A stretch of DNA of 36,392 bases, taken from NCBI GenBank assembly GCA_964360035.1, contig CAYHUJ010000003.1, forward strand, positions 1 to 36,392, in the 5' to 3' direction. The notes beneath the pieces were generated by a model. That model ran no database searches and was not told the origin of the DNA. It worked only from the letters and a program-made list of their open reading frames with translations. Position 1 is the first letter of the stretch, and each line of letters starts with the position of its first letter. Below, piece by piece: positions 1 to 11,046 of the stretch. The translations under genes and the position numbers were made by a program. The DNA is from an uncultured Candidatus Saccharibacteria bacterium. Its GTDB lineage: Bacteria; Patescibacteriota; Minisyncoccia; UBA6257; JACRHY01.

Positions 1-57
1 TACAAATTAGCCGCCGAGCGAAGCGAGGCGGGCAACTCGCATTTGCAAAATCCTTTC

Positions 58-147
58 TGGCGGAGGCGGGAGGATTCGAACCTCCGATGGGATTTCTCCC
101 ATAGTTGCTTTCCAAGCAACCGCACTAGACCACTATGCGACGCCTCC
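58..147 (-). tRNA. tRNA-Ser(GGA), CCA encoded
   Basis: Reverse complement GGAGGCG...GTTGC-TTGGAAA-GCAAC, long variable arm, GGTTCGAATCC...CGCCTCC-G-CCA. Confidence 0.96.
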
Positions 148-150
148 ATT

Positions 151-182
151 AAAGAAAACGGGGTTTTAATCCCGTTTTCTTT
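151..182. terminator. Inverted repeat / probable intrinsic terminator
   Basis: AAAGAAAACGGG-gttttaat-CCCGTTTTCTTT, between the 206..538 gene end and the tRNA. Confidence 0.55.
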
Positions 183-205
183 ATAACCGATTTTTCCCAA
201 AAAAT

Positions 206-538
206 CTATATCTTGAATTTCTCTCCCAGCCGGCCGATGAGCGGCAAGGGCTTTGCCTTGCCGGAAAGGGCGTTGACTATCCCGATAAGCCACAGAACAA
301 AGAAAAAAACCGCTCCTATGGGCATTATAATGAACCAGCCGATAAACGGCACGGCGCTGACAATGCCCCAAATAACGGCGGAAATAAACAGCACGAGGCC
401 CTGGCGGCTGTGATATTGGGCGTATTCGCTGTCTTTTTTGAGCAAAAGAGGCAAAACAAAAAGAATTCCCAGATAAGCGACCACCGCCCAAAGCTTATTT
501 TCTTCAATATCCTTATTTTTATTTTCTTGTTTTTCCAT
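206..538 (-). CDS. Small membrane protein, DUF4870/Tic20-like
   Basis: Three hydrophobic segments with the pattern AYLGIL...YHSRQGLVL...IVNALSG...PLPLIG. Confidence 0.75.
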   Translation of the reverse strand: MEKQENKNKDIEENKLWAVVAYLGILFVLPLLLKKDSEYAQYHSRQGLVLFISAVIWGIVSAVPFIGWFIIMPIGAVFFFVLWLIGIVNALSGKAKPLPLIGRLGEKFKI

Positions 539-592
539 AAAAATTTTGAATGTTTTGACTTAATGTTGCGCGACCTTTTAATTTGAAAACGA

Positions 593-1483
593 TTAAACGC
601 TCATTTCCATCAATGCTTTTATTCTTTCTTCAACCGGCGGATGAGTCATAAAAAGCTTGTGAAAAAACGAGGTCTTGTTTTTACCCTTAAACGGATCGTC
701 CAGCCACAAATGCGCCGTGGCGTTGCGGGCGGAACGCATCGGCGTCCGGTCGGTGGAAATTTTCTCAAGCGCCCGCGCCAGACCCTCCGGATAGCGCGTC
801 AGCAGAGCGCCGGAAGCATCCGCTAAAAATTCCCGCTTGCGCGAAATAGCCAATTGAATAAGCATCGCCGCGATGGGCGCCAAAACCGCTCCGACAATCG
901 CCAAAATCGCGAAAATGTTTCCCCCGCCGTCGCGGTCGCGCCGGCCGCCGAAATAAAGAGAACGCAAAAACATATCGGAAATGATGGAAATAAAGCCGGC
1001 CATCACCACGACCGCCGTGGAAAGCAGCATGTCGCGATTGCCGATATGCGAAAGTTCGTGCGCGATTACCCCCTCAAGCTCCGAGCGATCAAGCCGCTCC
1101 AGAAGGCCGTCCGTCACCGCGACGACGGCGCGTTTGGGACTTCTGCCGGTGGCGAAAGCGTTGGGCGATTTTTCGCGAACGAGATAAACTTTCGGCATCG
1201 GCAAACCGGCCGTTATCGCCAGATTTTCAACGATATTGTAAAGCTCCGGCGCGTTTTTTTTCTCCACTGGTTCGGCGCGGGTCATCGCCAAAACGATCTT
1301 GTCGGAAAACCAGTAGCTCAAAACGTTCATCAGAACGCTGAAAACGACGGCGGCGTAAAGAATCGTCGGATCGCCGTAATAGCCCGATATCGCCCACCCG
1401 AAAAGGATAATCAACGTAAAAAAAAGCGCGAAAAACATCCAGGTTTTTCTGATATTGGAATCTTTGTGGGTATAAAGCGTCAT
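593..1483 (-). CDS. htpX: Zinc metalloprotease HtpX (M48)
   Basis: PNAFATG, HELSH (HExxH), SRKREFLADA and THPP motifs; N-terminal TM helices; linked to lemA. Confidence 0.95.
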   Translation of the reverse strand: MTLYTHKDSNIRKTWMFFALFFTLIILFGWAISGYYGDPTILYAAVVFSVLMNVLSYWFSDKIVLAMTRAEPVEKKNAPELYNIVENLAITAGLPMPKVYLVREKSPNAFATGRSPKRAVVAVTDGLLERLDRSELEGVIAHELSHIGNRDMLLSTAVVVMAGFISIISDMFLRSLYFGGRRDRDGGGNIFAILAIVGAVLAPIAAMLIQLAISRKREFLADASGALLTRYPEGLARALEKISTDRTPMRSARNATAHLWLDDPFKGKNKTSFFHKLFMTHPPVEERIKALMEMSV

Positions 1484-1487
1484 ATTC

Positions 1488-1814
1488 TCACGCCTTTTTT
1501 TGCGCCAAAGCGATTTCCAGCCGCTTAACCCGCTCTTCCAAATTTTGTAGTTTATCCAAATCGGCCTTGCTAAGTAATCGCATTTTCAAATCGGCAATTT
1601 CGGATTTAATATCCTCCAAAGAAGCCTCTATTTTATCCAGACGGCCGTCTATTCCGTCAAAGCGGACGTCTATTTTATCCAGACGGACGTCAATAAAATC
1701 CAATTTTTCTCCAAAAACTTGAAAGTCGGATTGGATCGCCTCCAAAACAACCGTGAAGCGGTCGCGCTCGCCGCCGTTTTTCTTTTTTGTTATTTTGGTT
1801 TTCGTTTTAACCAT
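1488..1814 (-). CDS. Small coiled-coil hypothetical protein with heptad repeats
   Basis: Tightly packed between lemA and htpX; DVRLDKI/DVRFDGI/DGRLDKI heptads; resembles 17625..17936. Confidence 0.75.
   Translation of the reverse strand: MVKTKTKITKKKNGGERDRFTVVLEAIQSDFQVFGEKLDFIDVRLDKIDVRFDGIDGRLDKIEASLEDIKSEIADLKMRLLSKADLDKLQNLEERVKRLEIALAQKKA
1627..1689. repeat. Three tandem 21-bp repeats encoding heptads
   Basis: tctattttatccagacggccg / tctattccgtcaaagcggacg / tctattttatccagacggacg. Confidence 0.85.
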
Positions 1815-1821
1815 AAAATCG

Positions 1822-2388
1822 CTAAAATTTCACTTTCACCGCTTCTTTTTCTTCCGCTTCCGCCTCAAAGAATTTTTCTTCGTGAAATCCGAAAAGACCG
1901 ACGACCAAGTTGACGGGAAACACGCTTATTTTGGTGTTGAGATCCCTGACATTGCCGTTGTGGAAGCGCCGCGCCGCCTGGATTTTGTTTTCGGTGTCGG
2001 CCAGTTCGCGCTGAAGGTCCAAAAAATTAGCATTGGCTTTAAGGTCGGGGTAATTTTCCGCCACCGCGAAAAGCGTTTTTAGGGTGTTGGTCAAAACGTT
2101 TTCGGAATTCTCCCGTTCCAGCGGCCCACCCGCCGCGCCGGCCACGGCCGCGCGCGCTTTGGTAACGTTTTCCAGAACGCCTCTCTCGTGCTGTATATAG
2201 CCCTTGACGGCCTCTATCAAATTCGGAATAAGGTCAAACCGCCGCTTCAGCTGAACGTCAATGTCGGAAAGCGCCTCCCGCACCCGGTAGCGCAGTCGCA
2301 CCAGCGAATTGTAAGTGAAAACCAACCACAAAACGACAACGGCCAAAACGGCGTAAATGATATTTAACGGCGTCATATAAGCAGCCAT
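1822..2388 (-). CDS. lemA: LemA family protein
   Basis: N-terminal TM; YNSLV...IDVQLKRRFDLIPNL; AVAENYPDLKAN; ENKIQAARRFHN. Confidence 0.95.
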   Translation of the reverse strand: MAAYMTPLNIIYAVLAVVVLWLVFTYNSLVRLRYRVREALSDIDVQLKRRFDLIPNLIEAVKGYIQHERGVLENVTKARAAVAGAAGGPLERENSENVLTNTLKTLFAVAENYPDLKANANFLDLQRELADTENKIQAARRFHNGNVRDLNTKISVFPVNLVVGLFGFHEEKFFEAEAEEKEAVKVKF

Positions 2389-2444
2389 ATTTTTAAATTA
2401 TTTTAATTACTTCAAACATAGCATTTCTAACGCGGCAAATCCAA

Positions 2445-4112
<1,668 letters not shown>

Positions 4113-4146
4113 TCAAAATATAAACGTTAATTGGCAATTCGGAAAT

Positions 4147-4437
4147 TTATTCCAAAATCGCGAGTATGTCGCCCTCGTCGCCGACCAGATACTTCTTGCC
4201 GTCCAGCTCCACTTCGTCCGGGCCGTACTTCTTAAAAAGCACGACGTCGCCGACTTTGACCGACATCGCGACGCGCTCCCCTTTTTCATTCAGTTTTCCC
4301 GGACCGGCCGCCACTACTTTTCCTTTGACCGGCTTTTGCTTTTCCGCCGTGTCGGGGAGCACGATGCCCGATTTGGTTTTCTGTTCTTCTTCAATCGCTT
4401 CCAAAAAGACGTGATCCGACAATGGTTTAAAATTCAT
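4147..4437 (-). CDS. groS: Co-chaperonin GroES
   Basis: KPLSDHV...TKSGIVLPDTA...GPG...VKVGDVV; directly upstream of groEL. Confidence 0.98.
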   Translation of the reverse strand: MNFKPLSDHVFLEAIEEEQKTKSGIVLPDTAEKQKPVKGKVVAAGPGKLNEKGERVAMSVKVGDVVLFKKYGPDEVELDGKKYLVGDEGDILAILE

Positions 4438-4479
4438 CTATTTTTTTCGTTAAATTAAAAATAATTGGTTTTTAACATT

Positions 4480-4506
4480 TTGGCAATCCCGACCGTTGAG
4501 TGCCAC
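4480..4506 (-). promoter_or_regulatory. CIRCE operator (HrcA site) upstream of groES
   Basis: GTGGCACTC-N9-GATTGCCAA on the minus strand versus consensus TTAGCACTC-N9-GAGTGCTAA. Confidence 0.85.
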
Positions 4507-4519
4507 TTCTTAATGGTCA

Positions 4520-4547
4520 ATTTTAGTCATTGGAAAAATATTGTCAA
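4520..4547 (-). promoter_or_regulatory. Sigma70-type promoter of groES-groEL
   Basis: TTGACA (4547-4542), 16 nt, TAAAAT (4525-4520), just upstream of CIRCE. Confidence 0.65.
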
Positions 4548-4575
4548 TACTCCCCTTCCCCTTTCCAAAAACGGT

Positions 4576-4602
4576 AAAAAAAGCCCCCGTGTTTCAAGGG
4601 GC
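4576..4602 (-). terminator. Intrinsic terminator overlapping the stop of 4594..4956
   Basis: GCCCC...GGGGC stem followed by T7 on the minus strand. Confidence 0.6.
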
Positions 4603-4956
4603 CGGTTCCGCTTTCCGCATTATGAAAAGATGGAACGTACCGATGTTCGCCCGGACGTTTTTGATTATTTTTCGCAAGACCTTCTTGACGTCGGCGACAT
4701 CGTGCTTTTCTTTCGCCGCGAGAGCCATTATGAACGGGTATTTCTGGTAATGATACCCGAGCTTTTTGGGAGACGACTTGACTTGAAGAGGAAGAACGAG
4801 ATTCTCTTCCAAAAAAATGAGGAAATCTATCCCGTTGGAATCCAGATGGCCGTTTTTGGCGGAGCGGCGGAAACCGACAATCAGATTTTCCGTTTTTAAA
4901 ATTTCCAGCGCCTGCACTACTTTTTCTTCCGCGGGATTTCGCTCTCCGTAGCCCAT
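4594..4956 (-). CDS. Hypothetical protein with a PD-(D/E)xK-like nuclease motif
   Basis: E...D-x-x-G-I-D-F...L-Q-V-K-S-S; G-rich SD (AGAGGGGGGG) upstream. Confidence 0.6.
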   Translation of the reverse strand: MGYGERNPAEEKVVQALEILKTENLIVGFRRSAKNGHLDSNGIDFLIFLEENLVLPLQVKSSPKKLGYHYQKYPFIMALAAKEKHDVADVKKVLRKIIKNVRANIGTFHLFIMRKAEPAP

Positions 4957-5060
4957 TCGTCCCCCCCTCTAAAAAGCGCGGCAACAATGGCAATTATTGA
5001 AAAACTGCTTTTATAATAACAACCGCCGCCGAAAAGCGCAAATGTCAAACTTCGCGGTTT

Positions 5061-5918
5061 TTACAAATCACGCGTTGTCAGTTTCGCCTCTATTTTATTA
5101 TCCGGATGGAATTCCAGTTCCTCGTCGGTGTATTTAAAACGCGGAGCATAGCCGGTTTTTTCTTTCTTTAAACTGTTTTCAATACGCAGAATCTGAATTT
5201 TTTTTAGCAATTTCTCCAGCCAATCCCCCGCCGTTCCCCCCAAAGCCGCCTCCGGGGCTTTTTTCGGCGCGAAGCGGCCGGCCGGCCGGAAACGCAGATC
5301 GTTAAACCGTTCTTTTCCGAAAAGATTCCCTAAAATCTCCGGGGAGCCGCAAAGCGGCACTAAATTTTTAAAAAGCTGCCGCTGGTAAATATTGCCGTTT
5401 TTTCCGGCGCCAAAAGACGCCGCGGTGACGAAATGGTTCAGGCAAATTTTATCGGCGGCCTCGTCATGCGTCATTATTCTCTTGCGGCGGTAACCGAACA
5501 AACCGAAAACCAGAGCGGCGAAAAAGCGGGCGGTAAAAATCCGGTTCCGGCGGGCGAAAATTACGACGTCAAAATCGGAACGGCCGCCGACGTTGCCCAG
5601 GCACATTGAGCCGCCTCCCAGAACAAAATCGGCGAAAGGAACCAGCGAAAAAAAACGGGCTCGCTTCAAAAAAACTTTCCATTTTTTATCCGCCAGAACG
5701 TCCTGAAATTTCCGATCCGAAACGTCAAACGGCTTCGCGGCGTAAAACCCCTGCGACCGGAAAACGGCGCCGCTTCGGACAAGCCCGTCCAGTTTTTCAA
5801 GTATTGATAAAAAAGAGGCCTCGCCGTTTTCGGAAACGGCGCGCCGGAGCTCCGGCAGCGTCAGCGGGCGATTTAAAAGAGAATAAAATCCGAGAATTTC
5901 GGTTATTTTTTCAGGCAT
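5061..5918 (-). CDS. Nucleotidyltransferase-fold protein (Pol-beta type G-S...DxD) with possible N-terminal winged helix
   Basis: GGSMCLG...SDFDVV motif. ATG at 5918 overlaps the rmuC stop (ATGCCTGA) and is preferred over TTG at 5930. Confidence 0.65.
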   Translation of the reverse strand: MPEKITEILGFYSLLNRPLTLPELRRAVSENGEASFLSILEKLDGLVRSGAVFRSQGFYAAKPFDVSDRKFQDVLADKKWKVFLKRARFFSLVPFADFVLGGGSMCLGNVGGRSDFDVVIFARRNRIFTARFFAALVFGLFGYRRKRIMTHDEAADKICLNHFVTAASFGAGKNGNIYQRQLFKNLVPLCGSPEILGNLFGKERFNDLRFRPAGRFAPKKAPEAALGGTAGDWLEKLLKKIQILRIENSLKKEKTGYAPRFKYTDEELEFHPDNKIEAKLTTRDL

Positions 5919-6969
5919 CGCTTCCGTCAATTTTCTTTATTTCTTCCGAAGAAATACCGACGGCTTCGCCGCCGATTTTCAAAACGTCCTTGTCAATCTG
6001 CCGGAATTCCTTAAAAGCGCTGTTGTACATATTTACGGAAGTCTCCAAATGTCCGCCGAGTTTTTTGAAATAAGAATCAAAATTCAAAAGATGGCGGCCG
6101 AGATCGCCGACCCGTTTTCGGATTTCTTTGGCCGATTCTTCAATCTGAAGCGCTTTCAACCCCTGCAAAACCGTTTGAAGATACGCCAGAAAGGTCGTGG
6201 GGGAAACAATCATCACGCGCTTTTCGCCGGCGGCGTACTGGATCAGGTCGCGCGTTTCCGATTTGATCGCCCCCACTTTATTGACAAGCAGATCGTAATA
6301 AACCGCCTCGGCGGGTATGAACATAAAAGCGAAATCCATCGTGCCTTCCTCCGGTTTGATATACTTGGCCGTTTCGTCAATTCTCGTTTTAAGGTCGTTG
6401 CGGAAAGCCGTTTCCAATTTTGTCCGCTCCGTTTCGTTGCGCTCTTCCAAAAGCCGGTTGTAATTTTCCAAGCTGAATTTTGAATCAACGGGAATGATTT
6501 TATCGCGCACGAAAATCGCGGCGTCCACGATGACGCCGTCTTGGAAAGCGTACTGCATTTTAAAAGAGCGTGGCGGCAGAACGTTTTCTAAAACGGTTTC
6601 AAGGTAATACTCCCCCAAAATGCCCCGCTGTTTCGGATTTTTCAGAATGTCCTGCAGGTTTTGCAGCTGGTCGGCGAAATTGACGACCTGCCGGTTCGTT
6701 TCGTCCAATCTCGCCAGCCGCTCCGTCACGTCTTTTATAATCTTCACGCTTTCTCCGAATTGGTGACGCATCTGCTGCTGCATCGCCTCGCCCGACTGGC
6801 CCAGCTTGACGTCAAGCGTCCGGGCGATTTCGTTCATTTGATTTTGTAAAAGCAGGAGGGTCCCGTCGCCGGTTTCCGGTTTTTTTGCCGCTCTTTTCAG
6901 CAAAACAAAAAGCGCGGCAAAACCGCCGACAAGGAAAAGAATAATCGCCGCCAAAAGATAAAATTCCAT
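5911..6969 (-). CDS. rmuC: DNA recombination protein RmuC
   Basis: N-terminal TM plus coiled coil; KQRGILGEYYL, VDSKF, DFAFMFIPAE, VSPTT. Confidence 0.93.
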   Translation of the reverse strand: MEFYLLAAIILFLVGGFAALFVLLKRAAKKPETGDGTLLLLQNQMNEIARTLDVKLGQSGEAMQQQMRHQFGESVKIIKDVTERLARLDETNRQVVNFADQLQNLQDILKNPKQRGILGEYYLETVLENVLPPRSFKMQYAFQDGVIVDAAIFVRDKIIPVDSKFSLENYNRLLEERNETERTKLETAFRNDLKTRIDETAKYIKPEEGTMDFAFMFIPAEAVYYDLLVNKVGAIKSETRDLIQYAAGEKRVMIVSPTTFLAYLQTVLQGLKALQIEESAKEIRKRVGDLGRHLLNFDSYFKKLGGHLETSVNMYNSAFKEFRQIDKDVLKIGGEAVGISSEEIKKIDGSDA

Positions 6970-7058
6970 TTTTTTGCCTTGAATTACGAAATGCTTTTCA
7001 GATGATTTTTATTGATTTTCGTCGCGAGGCGAAGTTTAGAAAAATCAGGCAGTATAAA

Positions 7059-8150
7059 TTAACTTAGGAGCTCCTTTTTTAATTCTTCCAGAATCGCCCG
7101 GGCTTTCGCATTTAAATGTTTGGGCGTTTTCACTTCAAGCTCAACAAAGAGATCGCCGCGGCCGCCTTTCGTGCTTGGCATTCCCGCTCCTTTTATTTTC
7201 ACCGGTTCTTTGAGATTGAAGCCGGCGGGAATTTCAAAAACGACTCCGCCTCCCGAAACGGCCGGGGCTTCAATCTTGCCGCCGAGCAGAACGTCCAAGA
7301 ATCCGACTTCCTTCCTTGCGAAAAGGTCGTCCCCTTTGCGCGCGAAAACGGGATGAGGCGGGATTTTCACGATTACGTAAAGATCGCCGAAGCCGGCCTC
7401 GTTTTCGCCGGCTTCTCCGCCGCCGACGATTTTTATTATCTGTCCGTTGTCAATTCCGGGAAAAATATTTATTTCAATATTTCTCGCGCCCCTCGCTCTT
7501 CCTCCGCCGTCGCAGGAACGGCATATTTTATTCGGCGTCTGGCCGGTTCCCCGGCATTTTTCGCAAGCCCTCACCTGGGAAAAATTTCCAAAAAAGGTGT
7601 CGCGGGTTTCGCGAATCTCGCCGCGGCCGTCACAGGAAGCGCATTTTACGAAGCCGGCTTTCGGGTCGTGCCCCTTGCCGCCGCATTTTTCGCAGTAAAC
7701 AAGGGATTCAATTCCGATATTTCTCTTTCCGCCCCTAAACGCCTCCTCCAAAGTCAATTCCACGGCTATTTTCATGTCCGAGCCGCGCCGATAAGTGCGC
7801 CGTTTTTGCTTTACGCCAAGTCCTTCAAAAAAAGCGTCAAAAAAATCGCCGAGATTGGAAGAATCAAATCCTTCGCCGCCGAAATCAAATGAAAAACCGC
7901 CGAAACCGGGACCGCCGGAAAAATCAAATCCGCCGCCTGGCTGGCCGGAAAAAACGCGGCCGAAACGGTCGTATTGGGCGCGCTTTTCCCCGTTGGAAAG
8001 AATCTGGTACGCTTCGTTTATTTCCTTGAATTTCTTATCGTCGCCGCCGGTTTTGTCCGGATGGTGCTGATGCGCCAGCTTGCGATACGCTTTTTTAATT
8101 TCCTCGTCCGAAGCGCTTTTGTTTATTCCCAGAATTTTGTAATAATCCAT
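7059..8150 (-). CDS. dnaJ: Chaperone DnaJ
   Basis: J domain with HPD, G/F region and four CxxCxGxG repeats. Confidence 0.97.
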   Translation of the reverse strand: MDYYKILGINKSASDEEIKKAYRKLAHQHHPDKTGGDDKKFKEINEAYQILSNGEKRAQYDRFGRVFSGQPGGGFDFSGGPGFGGFSFDFGGEGFDSSNLGDFFDAFFEGLGVKQKRRTYRRGSDMKIAVELTLEEAFRGGKRNIGIESLVYCEKCGGKGHDPKAGFVKCASCDGRGEIRETRDTFFGNFSQVRACEKCRGTGQTPNKICRSCDGGGRARGARNIEINIFPGIDNGQIIKIVGGGEAGENEAGFGDLYVIVKIPPHPVFARKGDDLFARKEVGFLDVLLGGKIEAPAVSGGGVVFEIPAGFNLKEPVKIKGAGMPSTKGGRGDLFVELEVKTPKHLNAKARAILEELKKELLS

Positions 8151-8168
8151 AAAAAAATCGCTTGAAAA

Positions 8169-9152
8169 TTATTTTAAAATGACGATCTCGCGGCTGCGAC
8201 TTTCCAAAACGATAATGAACGCGCCGAGAGCGAGCAAAACCTCGTAAACCAGAAACGCGGCAATTTCCGCTCCCCACACCGCGAAAATCGCGAATCCTTT
8301 CAGCGTCAGAGCCAGTAAAAGAATAACCGACCAGACAACGATCGTTCTATTTTCCGGCGAAAGACCCGCGTATCCGTTCTCCATCGCCCGATACAAAAGG
8401 GAGTCAAGTTTCTCGCCGCCGCTTATTTTAACTCCCAAAAAATCCGAAATCTGGACCAGGAGTTGTCCGGACGCTTCACCGGTCAGCTGACGACGGACTT
8501 CTTGAGGCAACGCGGCGAAACGGGGGTCGCCCTCCACGCTTTTCAGGGAAAAATCCGCCACGATTTTATCAATGGGGCTGTTAATGTCAAACCCGGGAAT
8601 AAAATAGGCAATCATCCCCGACGTTGGCGCCAGGATTTCTCCCAGCGCTTTTTCGCTCAGAAAAAATCCGCCCGTTCCGCTCATATAAACGTAATAAACG
8701 GCGCAGGCGGCGACAATCAGGGCGTTGCTCGCTTTCGGCAAGGCCGCTCTGCCGATTCGGAAAAAATTTATCTTGAGCGTGTTTTTCAGGTCGTTTACGC
8801 CGCCGGCATTCGCCCAGATCAGCAGGAGAAAAACCGCCGCCAATCCCGCCAGTAGCGCCTGCGAAAAAAAGTCGTAAAAAAACGCGAAAATCGCGACGCT
8901 TTCCAGAAAGAGAATGAAAATCCGCCGGTTTAAATTTTTGACGAAAAACACCTGCAACAAAAAGAGGGCCAAAAACACGCAGGAGGACGCCGCGAACATA
9001 ATCCAGTCGCCGGCACCGTCAAAAAAAGCCCTTAATTCCCATCCGAAAAACAGCGCGGAAAAAACCGTCAAAACGGCCAGGGTCGCGACCTTCAAAATGG
9101 AAATGTCCACATCGGCGCTGTTTCCGGCGCCGCTGCTTGTAAAATCTGCCAT
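8169..9152 (-). CDS. Multi-pass membrane protein of unknown function between dnaK and dnaJ
   Basis: About 7 hydrophobic segments and a soluble loop; 4-nt gap after dnaK. Confidence 0.8.
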   Translation of the reverse strand: MADFTSSGAGNSADVDISILKVATLAVLTVFSALFFGWELRAFFDGAGDWIMFAASSCVFLALFLLQVFFVKNLNRRIFILFLESVAIFAFFYDFFSQALLAGLAAVFLLLIWANAGGVNDLKNTLKINFFRIGRAALPKASNALIVAACAVYYVYMSGTGGFFLSEKALGEILAPTSGMIAYFIPGFDINSPIDKIVADFSLKSVEGDPRFAALPQEVRRQLTGEASGQLLVQISDFLGVKISGGEKLDSLLYRAMENGYAGLSPENRTIVVWSVILLLALTLKGFAIFAVWGAEIAAFLVYEVLLALGAFIIVLESRSREIVILK

Positions 9153-9156
9153 AATT

Positions 9157-11001
9157 TTAGTTTTCGGGGGGCGTCTGTTCGCTTTCCGGATTCTGGTTCT
9201 TATTGTACATCGCCGCGCCGATTTTTTGAAGTTCCAGAGAAAGCTCTTCAGCGGCCGATTTGATTTCCTCGGCGGTTTGCGAACCCCCGATCGCGGCTTT
9301 CGCTTTTTCTATTTTTTCGCCGACGGCCGATTTTAAGTCGGGGGCGATTTTGTCTCCCGCTTCCCGCAGCGACTTTTCCGCCAGATACACGGCGTTTTCG
9401 GCGGCGTTGCGCGCTTCCACCAGTTCTTTTTTCTCTTTATCCTCGTCGGCGTGCGCCCGCGCTTCCGTCGTCAACCGTTCAATTTCCTCTTTTGACAAAC
9501 CGGTTGACGCTTCAATGCGGACGGATTGCGTTTTGCCGCTCGCCTTGTCTTTCGCGGAAACGTTCAAAATGCCGTTGGCGTCAATGTCAAAAGTCACTTC
9601 AATCTGCGGAATGCCGCGCGGAGAAGGCGGAACGCCGTCAAGAATGAATTTCCCCAGATCTTTATTGCCGGACGCCATTTCCCGCTCTCCCTGAAGAACG
9701 TGGATTTCAACGGAGGTTTGATTGTCGGCGGCGGTGGAAAACGTCTGCGACTTGCCGGTCGGAATCGTGGTGTTTTTTTCAATGATTTTCGTGAAAACGC
9801 CGCCGAGCGTTTCAATGCCGAGAGAAAGCGGCGTTACGTCCAGCAGTAAAACATCCTTGACGTCGCCCTGAAGAATGCCCGCCTGCGCCGCCGCTCCGGC
9901 CGCCACGACTTCGTCCGGATTGATTCCTTTATGCGGCTCCTTGCCGAAAATTTTCTTAACCGCTTCGCCGACCGCCGGCATGCGCGTCTGGCCGCCGACA
10001 AAAATAATCTCGTTGACGTCTGCGATTTTCAGCCCGGCCTCTTCAACGGTTTTTTTCGTCAGCTCCACGGAACGGTCAATGTATTCCCTTACCAATTCTT
10101 CCAATTTCGCCCTTGTAACCTTCATCAAAAAATGCTTCGGCCCCTCTGCCGAAGAGGTGATATAAGGCAGATTGACCTCGGTTTCAAACGCGGTGGAAAG
10201 CTCATGCTTGGCCTTTTCCGCCGCCTCTTTTATCCGCTGAAGCGCCAACGGGTCTTTGGAAACGTCAATGCCTTCTTCTTTTTTGTATTCGGAAACGAGA
10301 TATTCAATAAGTTTTTTGTCAAAATCGTCCCCGCCCAGATGCGTATCGCCGCCAGTCGCCTTTACTTCCACGGTGTTATCGCCGACTTCCAATACGGAAA
10401 CGTCAAATGTGCCGCCGCCCAAATCGTAAACGACGATTTTTTCGTTTTTCTGCCTGTTTAACCCGTAAGCCAGAGCCGCGGCCGTCGGTTCGTTGATGAT
10501 GCGCCGAATCTTCAAACCGGCAATTTCGCCGGCGTTTTTCGTCGCCTGACGCTGGGAATCGTCAAAATAAGCGGGAACGGTTATTACCGCTTCTTCTATT
10601 TTTTCCCCCAGTTTCGCTTCGGCGTCGGCCTTCAGCTTCGCCAAAACCATCGCCGATATTTCTTCCGGTTTGTAAAAACGGTCGCCCATTTTCACTTCCA
10701 CGCCGCCTTCGCCGGATTCTTTCATTTCAAAAGGAAGCCAGGCCTTGTCGCGCTGGACTTCTTTGTCGGAAAATTTTCGGCCGATAAAACGCTTGACGGA
10801 GAATATCGTGTTCTTGGGATTCGTCACCGCCTGCCGCTTGGCCAAAACGCCGACGAGGCGCTCTCCCGACTTGCTCAAAGCGACGACCGACGGCGTCGTC
10901 CGGTTACCTTCGGCGTTTTCAATTATTTTCGGCTCCCCTCCTTCAATGACGGCGACGGCCGAATTGGTCGTGCCCAGATCTATTCCGATGATTTTAGCCA
11001 T
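9157..11001 (-). CDS. dnaK: Chaperone DnaK (Hsp70)
   Basis: [44 protein letters not shown]. Confidence 0.99.
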   Translation of the reverse strand: MAKIIGIDLGTTNSAVAVIEGGEPKIIENAEGNRTTPSVVALSKSGERLVGVLAKRQAVTNPKNTIFSVKRFIGRKFSDKEVQRDKAWLPFEMKESGEGGVEVKMGDRFYKPEEISAMVLAKLKADAEAKLGEKIEEAVITVPAYFDDSQRQATKNAGEIAGLKIRRIINEPTAAALAYGLNRQKNEKIVVYDLGGGTFDVSVLEVGDNTVEVKATGGDTHLGGDDFDKKLIEYLVSEYKKEEGIDVSKDPLALQRIKEAAEKAKHELSTAFETEVNLPYITSSAEGPKHFLMKVTRAKLEELVREYIDRSVELTKKTVEEAGLKIADVNEIIFVGGQTRMPAVGEAVKKIFGKEPHKGINPDEVVAAGAAAQAGILQGDVKDVLLLDVTPLSLGIETLGGVFTKIIEKNTTIPTGKSQTFSTAADNQTSVEIHVLQGEREMASGNKDLGKFILDGVPPSPRGIPQIEVTFDIDANGILNVSAKDKASGKTQSVRIEASTGLSKEEIERLTTEARAHADEDKEKKELVEARNAAENAVYLAEKSLREAGDKIAPDLKSAVGEKIEKAKAAIGGSQTAEEIKSAAEELSLELQKIGAAMYNKNQNPESEQTPPEN

Positions 11002-11046
11002 ATTTTTTTCTTTAATTTTTATTTACTTTAAATTATTTACTTGGAA

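Larger units (their letters stand above)
1..186 (+). other. Open frame entering from the window edge and running antisense through tRNA-Ser; possible C-terminus of an upstream integrase/recombinase gene
   Basis: Frame 1 is stop-free from base 1 to TAA at 184-186 (YKLAAERSEAGNSHLQNPFWRRREDSNLRW...). No start codon is visible and the identity is inference only. Confidence 0.3.

Noticed and set aside
4544-4993. 149-aa minus-strand ORF overlapping 4594..4956
   Set aside because: It has low-complexity Arg/Ser/Gly content and crosses the terminator. The 120-aa frame has the SD and the nuclease-like motif.
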